Origin: Betaproteobacteria bacterium
GTDB taxonomy: Bacteria; Pseudomonadota; Gammaproteobacteria; Burkholderiales; SG8-41
Assembly (NCBI GenBank): GCA_028292435.1
Contig: JAQGMI010000106.1
Span: 23,974-87,973, forward strand
Reading direction: 5' to 3'
DNA: 64,000 bases
Positions 1-9,210 of the stretch are shown here, one piece after another. Every line of letters starts with the position of its first letter. Within the stretch, counting starts at the first letter, position 1. The notes beneath the pieces were generated by a model, which saw only the letters and a program-made list of their open reading frames with translations, was not told where the DNA came from and made no database searches. Position numbers and translations under genes: made by a program.

Positions 1-1
1 C

Positions 2-487
2 TGGGGAATCACGCGTTCGTACGACAATGCCGGGCAGGCGAAGGACGATCCGCTCGCGAGCCAGCTGTTCGACATCGAGCACGTGACCAACGTGTTTTAC
101 GTCGATCACTGGATCACGGTTACGCAGGACGGCAGCGCCGACTGGCACGAATTGCAGCGCAAGCTCGCCGAGCCGATTCGCGCAGCGCCGGCCGCGGACG
201 AGCAAACGGTCGCTGCAACCGCCGCTTCGACCGCAGCGATCGCCGACCTTACGCCGGCCGACCAGGGGCGTCTCGATCGCATCAACGAACTGCTCGACGA
301 ACAAATCCGACCGTACCTGCAGGGCGACGGCGGCGACTTGTACGTGATGGGACTTTCGGGCAATACGCTATCGGTGCATTATCAAGGCGCATGCGGCAGT
401 TGCCCGAGTTCGCTATCGGGAACGCTCGCCGGTATTGAAAACCTCGTGAAATCGATCGAGCCGGACATCGAAGTCATTGCCGTATAG
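2..487 (+). CDS. NifU/Nfu family Fe-S cluster carrier protein (5'-partial)
   Basis: Frame open from base 2 (WGITRSYDNA...PLASQLFDIEHVTNVFY, Nfu N-domain-like); C-terminal NifU motif IRPYLQGDGGD...YQGACGSCPSS. Confidence 0.9.
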   Translation, partial: WGITRSYDNAGQAKDDPLASQLFDIEHVTNVFYVDHWITVTQDGSADWHELQRKLAEPIRAAPAADEQTVAATAASTAAIADLTPADQGRLDRINELLDEQIRPYLQGDGGDLYVMGLSGNTLSVHYQGACGSCPSSLSGTLAGIENLVKSIEPDIEVIAV

Positions 488-566
488 GCGCAGGGCGCCA
501 AAGTTTTTCGTTAACGCAGGTGCCGCCCGGGTTTCGCGGCGTAAAAATAATAATCGAGGAGATTCG

Positions 567-1571
567 ATGGTTGCTGCCGGCAAATGGAGATCTGTTGCGC
601 GCTGGTTCTCTGGCGCGATATGCGCATCGTGCGCTTTGGCGTTCGCGGCCGTGGCGCTCGCCCAATATCCGACCAAACCGATTTTGGTCGTCGCTGGCTT
701 CACCGCCGGCGGCGATGCCGATCTGGCTGCGCGCAATCTTGCCGCAATGATGCCCAAATACGCGGGCCAGAACGGCGTCGTGCTCAACAAGGTGGGCGCG
801 AGCGGCGCCATCGCCTCCGAATACGTGAAGCGGGCGGTGCCCGACGGCTACACGATGCTGCTTGCGCGTGTCGGTAGCCAGGCAACGCTGCCGGCGTTGA
901 AGCCGGACCTCTCGTACAAGTGGGACGACTTCACCTTCCTCGGCTTGCTCGAACTGAATCCGTATGTGTGCGCGGTGCGCGCCGATTCGCCGTACAAGAC
1001 TTTTGCCGAGCTGGTCGACGGCATCCGCAAAAATCCGGGCAAGCTCAAGTACAGCACCGCGGGCGTCGGCACCATCCATGAAATGGGCCCGCAGATGGTG
1101 TTCGACATTTTCAAGCTCGGTAAAGATGCCGGGATCCAGGTCCCATACAAGGGCGGCGGCGATGCGACGGTCGCGCTGTTATCCGGCGAAGTCGACATCA
1201 ACTGCACCAACATCGGCACCGCGCTTTCATTCATCAAGTCGGGACAGCTGCGAGCGGTGCTGACGACGACGCCCGAGCGCTACAAAGAAATTCCGAACGT
1301 GCCGACCGCCAAGGAGGTGGGCTATCCGCAACTCGAGCGCATCATCGGCTGGAGCGCGTTATACGGGCCGCCCAACATGGACCGCAAGCTGGTCGGCTAT
1401 TGGGCCGACGTGCTGAAAAAGGTCGCGAGGGACCCGCAGTGGATTACCGCAACGGAGCGAAGCGGCTCGGTGCCGCGCATCCTGTCGCCCGACGAAACGG
1501 CGCGCTTCGTCAAAGAACAGTTCGAAACCTACGACAAGCTCGGCAAGGCGATCGGCCTCGTCTTGAAATAA
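567..1571 (+). CDS. Bug/TctC tripartite tricarboxylate transporter substrate-binding protein
   Basis: RBS GAGGAG at 556-561, ATG 567, signal peptide, YPTKPI...AGGDAD, PDGYTML, VPYKGGG motifs. Confidence 0.92.
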   Translation: MVAAGKWRSVARWFSGAICASCALAFAAVALAQYPTKPILVVAGFTAGGDADLAARNLAAMMPKYAGQNGVVLNKVGASGAIASEYVKRAVPDGYTMLLARVGSQATLPALKPDLSYKWDDFTFLGLLELNPYVCAVRADSPYKTFAELVDGIRKNPGKLKYSTAGVGTIHEMGPQMVFDIFKLGKDAGIQVPYKGGGDATVALLSGEVDINCTNIGTALSFIKSGQLRAVLTTTPERYKEIPNVPTAKEVGYPQLERIIGWSALYGPPNMDRKLVGYWADVLKKVARDPQWITATERSGSVPRILSPDETARFVKEQFETYDKLGKAIGLVLK

Positions 1572-1585
1572 TTGTGGCGGAATAG

Positions 1586-2641
1586 CTGGACACGCTTACT
1601 CATGCGCTCTCCGGCGCGCTGCTCGCGCGTGCGACCGCGCCGCGCGAACCAGTGCCGGGCGGCTTGTCGTTGCGTGCCCGTCTCGCACTCGGCTTTGTTG
1701 CGGCGGCCTTCCCGGACAGCGACATCATCGTCACGCCGCTGGCGCCGCTCGCTTATCTACACAATCACCGGGGCGTTACGCACTCATTGCTGATGCTGCC
1801 GCTGTGGGCGGCGCTGTTAGGCATTGCTTGCGCGTGGCTGCTGTGGCGGCAACCCCGGCACTGGCGCAGTTGCGCGTTAATGGCCGCGCTTGGCCTCGGC
1901 GCGCATATCGTCGCAGATCTCATTACGCCTTACGGCACCATGATATTCGCGCCGGTTTCGGATGTTCGCTACGCGTGGTCGACGACGTTCATCATCGACC
2001 TGTGGTTTACCGGCATCATTCTCAGCGGCCTTGTCGCGTGCGGCGTCTGGCGCAAGACGCGGCTGCCGGCGGTCATCGCCTTGGCGGTACTCGTCGCCTA
2101 TGTGGGATTTCAGTGGCTGCAGCGCCAGCGCGCGCTCGATTTCGGCGAAGCGCATGCGCGCGCTGCCGGCTATACGCAATATCAGGTGGATGCTGTGCCG
2201 CAGCCGCCACTGCCGTTCAACTGGAATGTATTCGTGACCGATGCCGCGAATCAGCATTACAGCCTCGTCAGCCTGCTGCGGCGTGAGGCGCCGGAGCCGC
2301 TCGCGGCGGATGCCGGTTTTCTCACACGAGTAAACGCCCCGTACATGCCGACGCAGCTCGCGGTATGGATTACGGCGCCGAGATACGGGAGCAGCGCGGA
2401 TGACCAGTCGTTTGCACATGAAGCATGGGAGCATCCGAAGTTCGAGTTCTATCGCTGGTTTTCGGCGCATCCAGCGCTTTATCGAATCGACCGTGGCACC
2501 TCGCCGTGCGTGTGGTTCGAGGACTTGCGCTTTTTTACGCCGGGGCGCGGGCACATGCCATTTCGCTTTGGCATGTGCCGTGAAGCTGAAAACTGGCGAG
2601 CTTACCGCCTGACCGACTTCGGACGCGAGGCAGTCAATTGA
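1586..2641 (+). CDS. Membrane-bound metal-dependent hydrolase (YdjM-like), probable CTG start
   Basis: FPDSD, HRGVTHS and HIVAD motifs; family-typical N-terminus (M)DTLTHALSGALLARA begins at CTG 1586, right after in-frame TAG 1583-1585. Confidence 0.85.
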   Translation: MDTLTHALSGALLARATAPREPVPGGLSLRARLALGFVAAAFPDSDIIVTPLAPLAYLHNHRGVTHSLLMLPLWAALLGIACAWLLWRQPRHWRSCALMAALGLGAHIVADLITPYGTMIFAPVSDVRYAWSTTFIIDLWFTGIILSGLVACGVWRKTRLPAVIALAVLVAYVGFQWLQRQRALDFGEAHARAAGYTQYQVDAVPQPPLPFNWNVFVTDAANQHYSLVSLLRREAPEPLAADAGFLTRVNAPYMPTQLAVWITAPRYGSSADDQSFAHEAWEHPKFEFYRWFSAHPALYRIDRGTSPCVWFEDLRFFTPGRGHMPFRFGMCREAENWRAYRLTDFGREAVN

Positions 2642-2732
2642 AAGGATCGTGCGCCCAGCGGTAGCAGACTGCGCTGAGACCAGGTCGTGCTGCGGCGGCA
2701 TACCAGCCGGATCCTTTAGCGGAGTCTCTTGC

Positions 2733-4196
2733 CTATCTTGATCCGGTAATGAAGCGATGAATCAGACGAGAGAGTCGCGCTTGCAGCGGCTGTTGCGCCG
2801 ATCGAAACTCTTTTTCGACGGCGTCCGCGATTTCATCGACTACGCTCTCCCAATCGCGTTGTCGCTGGTTAAAAATTCTCATAGTCGGATACCAAGGGGA
2901 ATCATCGCGTCCGAGCATCCACCGCCATTCGCTTCCGGTGCGATTAAGTAGCCAAACCGGTTTATCCAGGGCGCCCGCCAGATGCGCTACAGCGGTATCG
3001 ACGCTGATCACGAGGTCCAGTTGTTCGATAAGCGCTGCCGTTTCCAAGAGATCGGTACATTCGTCAATCCAGTCGATGAGTCCTGGTGGCGCAGGCATTT
3101 GTGGCGGGGACGCATCGCGGTCTTTTTGCAGCGAGATGAGGCTTATTCCCCGCATCTCGAGCAGCGGTTCGAAGCTCGCGATCGAAACGCTGCGCCTTGG
3201 GTCAGCCTGTGTTTTCTTGCCTCCGGCCCAGACCAGGCCGATTCGCGGCGATGCGAGTGCAGCAACACGGGCAGACCAACGCCGGCGCTGCTCGCCCGGT
3301 ATCTTCAGATACGGCGTCCGACCCGGTATAGTGTCCAGGCGAGTGCCGAGGGCGAGCGGCAGGCTCATCGTCGGACACTGCAAATCAATACGTTCGCGCC
3401 AGTCGCATGAATATGCGTCAACAATGACCTCATCCACTTCCTTGCAGGTTTGCACCAAGCGGACGAGTGCGGGCTCGCAGCATACCGTCAGACGGCCGAC
3501 GCCTAAGCTGCGTATCTGCGGCAGGTAACGCAGCATCATCAACGTATCTCCGAGGCCTTGTTCGGTCCAGAGCAGTAGGCGTTTTCCCTGCATTGGCGCG
3601 CCGCGCCAGCTTGGAATGCCGGCGAGCTGGTCCAGCATTTGCCGGGTGTCGCCACCTGCATGCAAAGCGGTGCGCTCCAGGCGGCTTTCATAGAGCTCCA
3701 ATCCTGTCGCATAGTCGCCACGCAGCAGGCACAACAATCCTAGATTGACTCTGCTTAGAGGCGATGATGGGTCAAGGCTGACGGCGGCGCGAAAAGATTT
3801 GTCCGCGGCGTCCAATTGCTCGAGCCTCTGCAGCGCGTTGCCCAGATTGTTATGCGCTGCGGGAAAATTCGGCTTGAGTTTTACGGCTTCCTCGCAGCAG
3901 CGTCGCGCGTCGTCCGGGCGGCTGGTTTTGTTATACGCTTCGCCCAGATTGCTCAGGATAACGGCATTGCCAGGCGACAGTTCGTTCGCCGTTTCAATTA
4001 ATTCGACCGCATAGGCGTGCCGGCCGGTCTGCAATGAGATCAGCCCCAGCAGATGCAGTGCTTCGGCATGCGCCGGTTCTTCGTCCAGTATCCGCAGGTA
4101 AATTGCTTCCGCTTCCGCCAACCGGCCAGCCTGATGGCGCTGCACTGCGTATTGCAGCGCATGGGGAATTTCATTGCTGGTCAAAGGCGTTTCCAT
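2733..4196 (-). CDS. TPR-repeat glycosyltransferase (GT9-like C-terminal domain)
   Basis: N-terminal TPR repeats (AHNNLGNAL); EQGLGDTLM, IGLVWAG, DLVISVDTAVAHLAGAL, WRW...SPWYP motifs; start taken at METPL. Confidence 0.88.
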   Translation of the reverse strand: METPLTSNEIPHALQYAVQRHQAGRLAEAEAIYLRILDEEPAHAEALHLLGLISLQTGRHAYAVELIETANELSPGNAVILSNLGEAYNKTSRPDDARRCCEEAVKLKPNFPAAHNNLGNALQRLEQLDAADKSFRAAVSLDPSSPLSRVNLGLLCLLRGDYATGLELYESRLERTALHAGGDTRQMLDQLAGIPSWRGAPMQGKRLLLWTEQGLGDTLMMLRYLPQIRSLGVGRLTVCCEPALVRLVQTCKEVDEVIVDAYSCDWRERIDLQCPTMSLPLALGTRLDTIPGRTPYLKIPGEQRRRWSARVAALASPRIGLVWAGGKKTQADPRRSVSIASFEPLLEMRGISLISLQKDRDASPPQMPAPPGLIDWIDECTDLLETAALIEQLDLVISVDTAVAHLAGALDKPVWLLNRTGSEWRWMLGRDDSPWYPTMRIFNQRQRDWESVVDEIADAVEKEFRSAQQPLQARLSRLIHRFITGSR

Positions 4197-4248
4197 GCCA
4201 TGCTTTCGCTGCTTTTCTCCGGCACGGTTTACCCAGATTGCCTGGTGG

Positions 4249-5571
4249 TCAATGATGTCGGCGCCAGGCAAAAAACGGCTGGATAGGCGGTTTGTTCTCG
4301 CTCCATTGCAGGGTGGCAAGGTCGGCCAAGTTCACAATGCGTTGCACGAACGCTGCTTGCGGATAGAGCTCGCGAAATCGCATGCCGAATGCGAGGCCCA
4401 GTTCGAGATATTCGTCGGGGCGGGCAATGGCATCGGCCACTCGGGACTCGATCGCCTGCGGCTCAAACTCGAACGTGAGTTTTTCGAATTCGGGAAAGCT
4501 GTCTTTCAACCAAGCCTGGCGGTTGGTCAGTACCGTCGCGAACGAACCGGCGGCGCGCTGAACCCGGTCATGCGGGAATGTATCTGTATTAGGCGACATG
4601 TCGATGATGCCGAGTTCATCGGCAAACACCCGCTGGGTGGATGCGAAGTCCTGGCCTTTCACCCACTGCGCCTGCCGGCCAGAAAAATCGACGTGGTTCC
4701 AGGAGTCGCCCTGAACGATGACCGGCAGGTCCAATATGGATTCAGCGATCATCCGGCTTTTAATGCGCCTGAGGTAATCGTCGAGCTGCGCCGAAAAAAA
4801 GACCACGAGGTCTCGCGCCGAATCGGGGTCGATGGAATTTGCGCCCAGGAAAGTCGCGACGAAATCACCGATATACAGAATGCCTGGCCGGCAGCCAGGC
4901 CCGGTAATTTCTTCAGCCATGCTGACGAGCATGCGGGCGATGGAGGCGGGCAGGTATTCCTGCCACCTTCGCGTGAGTTCGGAGGGTGAATTACCGTTCT
5001 TGATAAAAACGAGTTTTCCCTTCCGACGCGCCGATAGATTCACCTTGCTTCGCTCGATGGGGGCCAGAGGCAGCGGAGGTATCTGCGTCATAAGCGCACG
5101 TGCGTCGGGAATCCAGCGGCGCCTGAAATGCATGAACTCCGTTCCGTGATAGAGATTGACCGCGTTGTGGGGAATATCGCGGTGATAATCGACAAAATAG
5201 GCCGGCAGGTCGCCATGAAATTTCAGCAGGGGTACGCGGAAATATTCCCAAGCGTTCGTTGCCTGACGGTCGATTTTCGCGGGGCGGCGACCGGATGCGA
5301 GCATGCGGACCTTTCCCCAGGCACTTTGCGTTTGTTGCTTCGGTCCAAGCATGACGGAAAGGCCCTGACCTATGCCCAGCCAGGTCATGGCAAAGCTAAC
5401 CTGACCGGCTGAAAGTAGCTTGACAGCACGCTGCAGATCCGCCGGTTCAGGCGTGACGTGCACCATCGAGAGTCCGGCGGACGACAGTGCAGCGCCCCAT
5501 TCGGCAATGAGCCCGCTGATCGCATCATTCGAGCTCTGGCCGGAAAACGCAATGACGATATTTTTTTTCAT
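4249..5571 (-). CDS. Hypothetical protein, possibly CgeB/YkvP-like glycosyltransferase fold
   Basis: 440-aa ORF in sugar-modification operon; HGDLPAYF and PHDRVQRA segments resemble GT-B-like proteins (weak recall). Confidence 0.55.
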   Translation of the reverse strand: MKKNIVIAFSGQSSNDAISGLIAEWGAALSSAGLSMVHVTPEPADLQRAVKLLSAGQVSFAMTWLGIGQGLSVMLGPKQQTQSAWGKVRMLASGRRPAKIDRQATNAWEYFRVPLLKFHGDLPAYFVDYHRDIPHNAVNLYHGTEFMHFRRRWIPDARALMTQIPPLPLAPIERSKVNLSARRKGKLVFIKNGNSPSELTRRWQEYLPASIARMLVSMAEEITGPGCRPGILYIGDFVATFLGANSIDPDSARDLVVFFSAQLDDYLRRIKSRMIAESILDLPVIVQGDSWNHVDFSGRQAQWVKGQDFASTQRVFADELGIIDMSPNTDTFPHDRVQRAAGSFATVLTNRQAWLKDSFPEFEKLTFEFEPQAIESRVADAIARPDEYLELGLAFGMRFRELYPQAAFVQRIVNLADLATLQWSENKPPIQPFFAWRRHH

Positions 5572-5651
5572 TTACGTGGAAGAGCGGATATAACGGACCC
5601 AAATTCGAGATCTGAAACCGCGGATCATATGCAGCAATGTCATTGCCGATT

Positions 5652-6251
5652 TCAGTTTCCGGACCGGCCAAGTTCATGTAAGAGTTGCTGTTCCAGATCG
5701 AGAACGGTCTTTGATCTCCCTTTTAGGCGTTTTACCGGAATCCCGAAGTACACCCCCCAGCTGCCCAGGCTTTTAGTAACGAGCGACAGCGCACCCACCG
5801 AGCATCCTTCGCCGATATCGACTTTCGGCAGGATCACGGTCTGTGAACCTACGATGACGTGTTTTCGTAGTACTACTTTTCCCCGCCGCACACTCTTGTA
5901 TTTTTCCGGCACGGTGGGATTGGTAAGATGCCCGCCCATATAATCATCGGTGCGGCTGTAGATATGGACCCCCTGAGACAAGCCGGAAAAGTCCCCTAGA
6001 ACGATGCCGTCGCCCGCTGCCAGGTAACAGTGCGAACCGATGTGAACGAAGGACCCGATTTCGATAAAACCGGTGCCGGCTGCCACTATTGAAGTGAAAC
6101 CGTCAATGCGGACATTGCTGCCGATCTCGATCCGCTCCAAGCCGATGATCGTGCAGTTTTTGGCGATCTTTACGTTTTTCCCAATTTTGCTGAGCCCCGC
6201 GTCGCGCAGATCGGTCTCCGTGTAATAACCCGGATCAAAGGGATTGATCAT
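5652..6251 (-). CDS. vioB: Hexapeptide-repeat acyltransferase, VioB-like (dTDP-4-amino-4,6-dideoxyglucose N-acyltransferase)
   Basis: IGKNVKIAKNC, IGSNVRIDGF, DDYMGGHLTNPTVP, KHVIVG left-handed beta-helix repeats; directly follows a VioA-like gene. Confidence 0.75.
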   Translation of the reverse strand: MINPFDPGYYTETDLRDAGLSKIGKNVKIAKNCTIIGLERIEIGSNVRIDGFTSIVAAGTGFIEIGSFVHIGSHCYLAAGDGIVLGDFSGLSQGVHIYSRTDDYMGGHLTNPTVPEKYKSVRRGKVVLRKHVIVGSQTVILPKVDIGEGCSVGALSLVTKSLGSWGVYFGIPVKRLKGRSKTVLDLEQQLLHELGRSGN

Positions 6252-6304
6252 AGGCGCCATTTGCCGGTCTGCCAGCAGCGCGGATCGGCGCGGACTCGCT
6301 CCAG

Positions 6305-7510
6305 CTAGCTTGCACTTGTAACTTTTCCATTCGGACCTACCGCCAGTGCACGTAAAACCGAGAGTATCGCCAGGATCTCCTGCTCTCCAAGTGTCGACCC
6401 GGTCGGCAGGACGATCACTCTTTCTGCGACGAGGTTCGTATTGTCCAACGCGAGGTGTGCATCGGGATAGCGCGACTGGTACGGTTGCATATTGTGGCAA
6501 CCTGGCCAGAAGTATCTGCGTGCGAGAATGTTTTCGGCGTGCAGGGTTTGCACTGTATCGTCACGTGAAACTGGGAATTCAGGGCCAAGTTCAATCACCA
6601 CGTACTGGAAATTGTTTTTTTCGGACTGCTCGTACTGCAGAAGGCTCAGTCCGGAAATTCCGGCCACGCCTTCCCTGTAGATCTCGTAGTTGCGGCGGTT
6701 GATGGCCATAAAATCGCCGATCGCTTCGAGGTTCGTCAGCCCCATCGCTGCCGCGATCTCCGTCATTTTTCCATTCGTTCCGGGATAAATCACTTTATCG
6801 TAGCCGGAAAAGCCGAAGTTCCGCATCAGGCGCACTTTCTCGGCCAGCGAGTCGTCGTTCGTAACAACTGCGCCACCCTCGAACGTGTTAAAGAATTTGG
6901 TGGCGTGGAAGCTGAAAACTTCACAGTCGCCAAAATTGCCGAGCATTGTTCCGCCGTGGGAACATGCGAAGCCGTGCGAAGCATCGTACATCAGCTTCAG
7001 GCCATACTCGTTCGCGATGGCCTTAAGTTGGGCGACCGGCGCCGCGCGGCCCCAAAGATGCACGCCGATGATCCCGGTGGTCCGCGGGGTGATCATTCGC
7101 CGCACCGCCTCAGGATCGAGATTGTGTGTGCAAGGGTCGATGTCGGCGAACACCGGCGTGATCTCCTGCCATTGCAACGCATGTGCGGTAGCAATGAAGG
7201 TGTAAGAGGGCACAATGACTTCGCCCTTCAGATCCAGCGCGCGCGTCGCAATTTCGAGTGCGATCGTTCCATTGCACATTGCTATGCAATGCCGGGTCCC
7301 AAGAAACGCCGCTATCTTGTATTCGAATTCCTGGACGAGAGGACCGTTGTTCGACAACCATCTGCGGTCGAGGAGGTCGGCCGTACGTCGAAGAAACTGC
7401 GGCCGGTCGCCGATATTCGGCCTGCCGACGTGCAGAGGGTCGGCAAACAATGGTTGCGCGCCATTGATTGCAAGATCGTCGGTAGAATTAACCGGTTTAA
7501 GGGGCGTCAT
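6305..7510 (-). CDS. vioA: DegT/DnrJ/EryC1/StrS sugar aminotransferase, VioA/DesI-like (C4 transaminase)
   Basis: WLSNNGPLVQEFE, GVHLWGR, YDASH, FSFHATK (PLP lysine), GTNGKM motifs. Confidence 0.85.
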   Translation of the reverse strand: MTPLKPVNSTDDLAINGAQPLFADPLHVGRPNIGDRPQFLRRTADLLDRRWLSNNGPLVQEFEYKIAAFLGTRHCIAMCNGTIALEIATRALDLKGEVIVPSYTFIATAHALQWQEITPVFADIDPCTHNLDPEAVRRMITPRTTGIIGVHLWGRAAPVAQLKAIANEYGLKLMYDASHGFACSHGGTMLGNFGDCEVFSFHATKFFNTFEGGAVVTNDDSLAEKVRLMRNFGFSGYDKVIYPGTNGKMTEIAAAMGLTNLEAIGDFMAINRRNYEIYREGVAGISGLSLLQYEQSEKNNFQYVVIELGPEFPVSRDDTVQTLHAENILARRYFWPGCHNMQPYQSRYPDAHLALDNTNLVAERVIVLPTGSTLGEQEILAILSVLRALAVGPNGKVTSAS

Positions 7511-7651
7511 GAAAAATGTCCTATTGCGGCGATCATGGCACAGCTTCCGGTCGATGCGGATGACGTTCCCGTCTTGCCCGAATATTTAATAGCGATTGTA
7601 CGCAATTCGGGGCAATGCGATGCATCTTATCATCACGGCCTCCATTTGATC

Positions 7652-7675
7652 CCTCGCCGTCGCACGGCGGCGAGG
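7652..7675. terminator. GC-rich hairpin just downstream of serB (possible terminator)
   Basis: CCTCGCCG...CGGCGAGG inverted repeat; no clear U-tract. Confidence 0.3.
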
Positions 7676-7684
7676 CCCCGATGC

Positions 7685-8515
7685 TTATCCGAACAGATTC
7701 AGCACGCCGTCGAGCCCGACGTAGTTCAGCGCGTGCGTCGCCTGTGCGCGCACCACGGGTTTCGCATGATAGGCCACGCTGACGCCGGCTTCCGCCATGA
7801 ACTTCAAATCGTTCGCGCCGTCGCCGAGCCCGATGATTTGCGCATTGCCGATACCGAGCTCGTCGCGGACTTGCAGTAGCGCGGCGCGCTTCACGTCCGC
7901 ATCGACGATGTCGCCGAGCACTTCGCCGCTGAGCTTGCCGTCAACGATTTCGAGCGTGTTCGAGCGCGTGTAGTCGAGTGCGAGGCGCTGTTTGAGTCGC
8001 TCGGTAAAGAACGTAAAGCCGCCCGACAGCAGCAGTGTCTTGATGCCGAGCTGGCGGAATTGCCTGAGCATGACTTCAGCACCGGGCGACAATTTAAGGC
8101 GCTCGTCATATACGCGCTGCAGCGCGCTGGCATCGAGGCCTTTCAATAGCGCGACGCGGCGGCGCAGGCTCTGCTGGAAATCGAGCTCGCCGCGCATTGC
8201 GGCCCCGGTAATTGCGGCGACCTGCGGCTTGAGTCCCTGCATGTCGGCGATTTCATCGATGCACTCGATCGTGATGAGCGTGGAGTCCATGTCCATCACG
8301 CACAGCCGCATGCCGGCGAGCTTGCGCTCGTCCGGAATGAATGCGTAATCGAGTTTCGCTGCTTCGCACAGCGGCGCAATACCTGAATTGTCGACGGCGT
8401 TGCGCAGTCGAAATGCAGTCGGCGTAATGGCTTCGATCGCCGATGCACCGGCGAGCTTCGCGAGCGTTTTGAGATCGGGCGTTGCGATGTCGGCGCCCTG
8501 GATGACGAGGTTCAT
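7685..8515 (-). CDS. serB: Phosphoserine phosphatase SerB
   Basis: DMDSTLITIECIDEIA, AMRGELDF, SGGF, GDGANDL HAD motifs. Confidence 0.95.
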   Translation of the reverse strand: MNLVIQGADIATPDLKTLAKLAGASAIEAITPTAFRLRNAVDNSGIAPLCEAAKLDYAFIPDERKLAGMRLCVMDMDSTLITIECIDEIADMQGLKPQVAAITGAAMRGELDFQQSLRRRVALLKGLDASALQRVYDERLKLSPGAEVMLRQFRQLGIKTLLLSGGFTFFTERLKQRLALDYTRSNTLEIVDGKLSGEVLGDIVDADVKRAALLQVRDELGIGNAQIIGLGDGANDLKFMAEAGVSVAYHAKPVVRAQATHALNYVGLDGVLNLFG

Positions 8516-8542
8516 GGTCGTGCGTTCGACGAGAGGGCGCGA

Positions 8543-9208
8543 TTATACCGGAGCAGCTTGTTGCGCCGCTTCAAGCAATAAGGGCAGTTCGCGCACGTGC
8601 GTGAGCACTTTATGCGCCGCCGCGAAATCACCGCCGTGCGTCAATTCATTCGGAATCACGATGCAGCGCAAGCCTGCGCCGGTTGCCGCGATGAGGCCGC
8701 GCGGCGTGTCTTCGACCGCTATGCACTCATCCGGCGTCAATCCCATCCGCGCGATGGCGGCGAGATAAGGTTCGGGATCGGGCTTGGAATTTACGTAATC
8801 CTCGCGTGCAAGCACGAAGTCGAAATAGCGCAGGAAGCCGGTGGCCGCGTGAATGATATCGAAGTGCGCCCGGTGCGAGCTCGTGACAATCGCCATCGCA
8901 TATCGCCCGTGCAGTTCGCGCAGCACCTCTTCGACGCCGGCAATCGCATGATTGCGCGCGGCGAGCAGTTTTGCATAGCGTGCATCGCGCTCTTTACGCA
9001 TCGCTTCGATTGCGCTTTCCGAATGGCCAAGCTCCGCGGCAAGATGCCATGCGCCATTGTTTTGCGTCAGAAAGAGTTCGCGGTAGTGTTCATCGGTCAG
9101 ATGAACACCGGCGATTGCGAGCACCTCGCGAGTCGCATCGCGGTACAAATGCTCGGTATCGACAAGCACGCCGTCGTTGTCCCACAGGATGGCTTTGATC
9201 GCCGGCAT
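8543..9208 (-). CDS. HAD-IA family phosphatase
   Basis: WDNDGVLVDTE, VTSS, KPDPEPY, VEDT motifs. Confidence 0.9.
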   Translation of the reverse strand: MPAIKAILWDNDGVLVDTEHLYRDATREVLAIAGVHLTDEHYRELFLTQNNGAWHLAAELGHSESAIEAMRKERDARYAKLLAARNHAIAGVEEVLRELHGRYAMAIVTSSHRAHFDIIHAATGFLRYFDFVLAREDYVNSKPDPEPYLAAIARMGLTPDECIAVEDTPRGLIAATGAGLRCIVIPNELTHGGDFAAAHKVLTHVRELPLLLEAAQQAAPV

Positions 9209-9210
9209 CG

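Noticed and set aside
6905-7879. Long overlapping antisense ORFs here and elsewhere (e.g. 22132-23520, 47724-49085, 18693-19871)
   Set aside because: Typical high-GC shadow frames opposite well-supported genes
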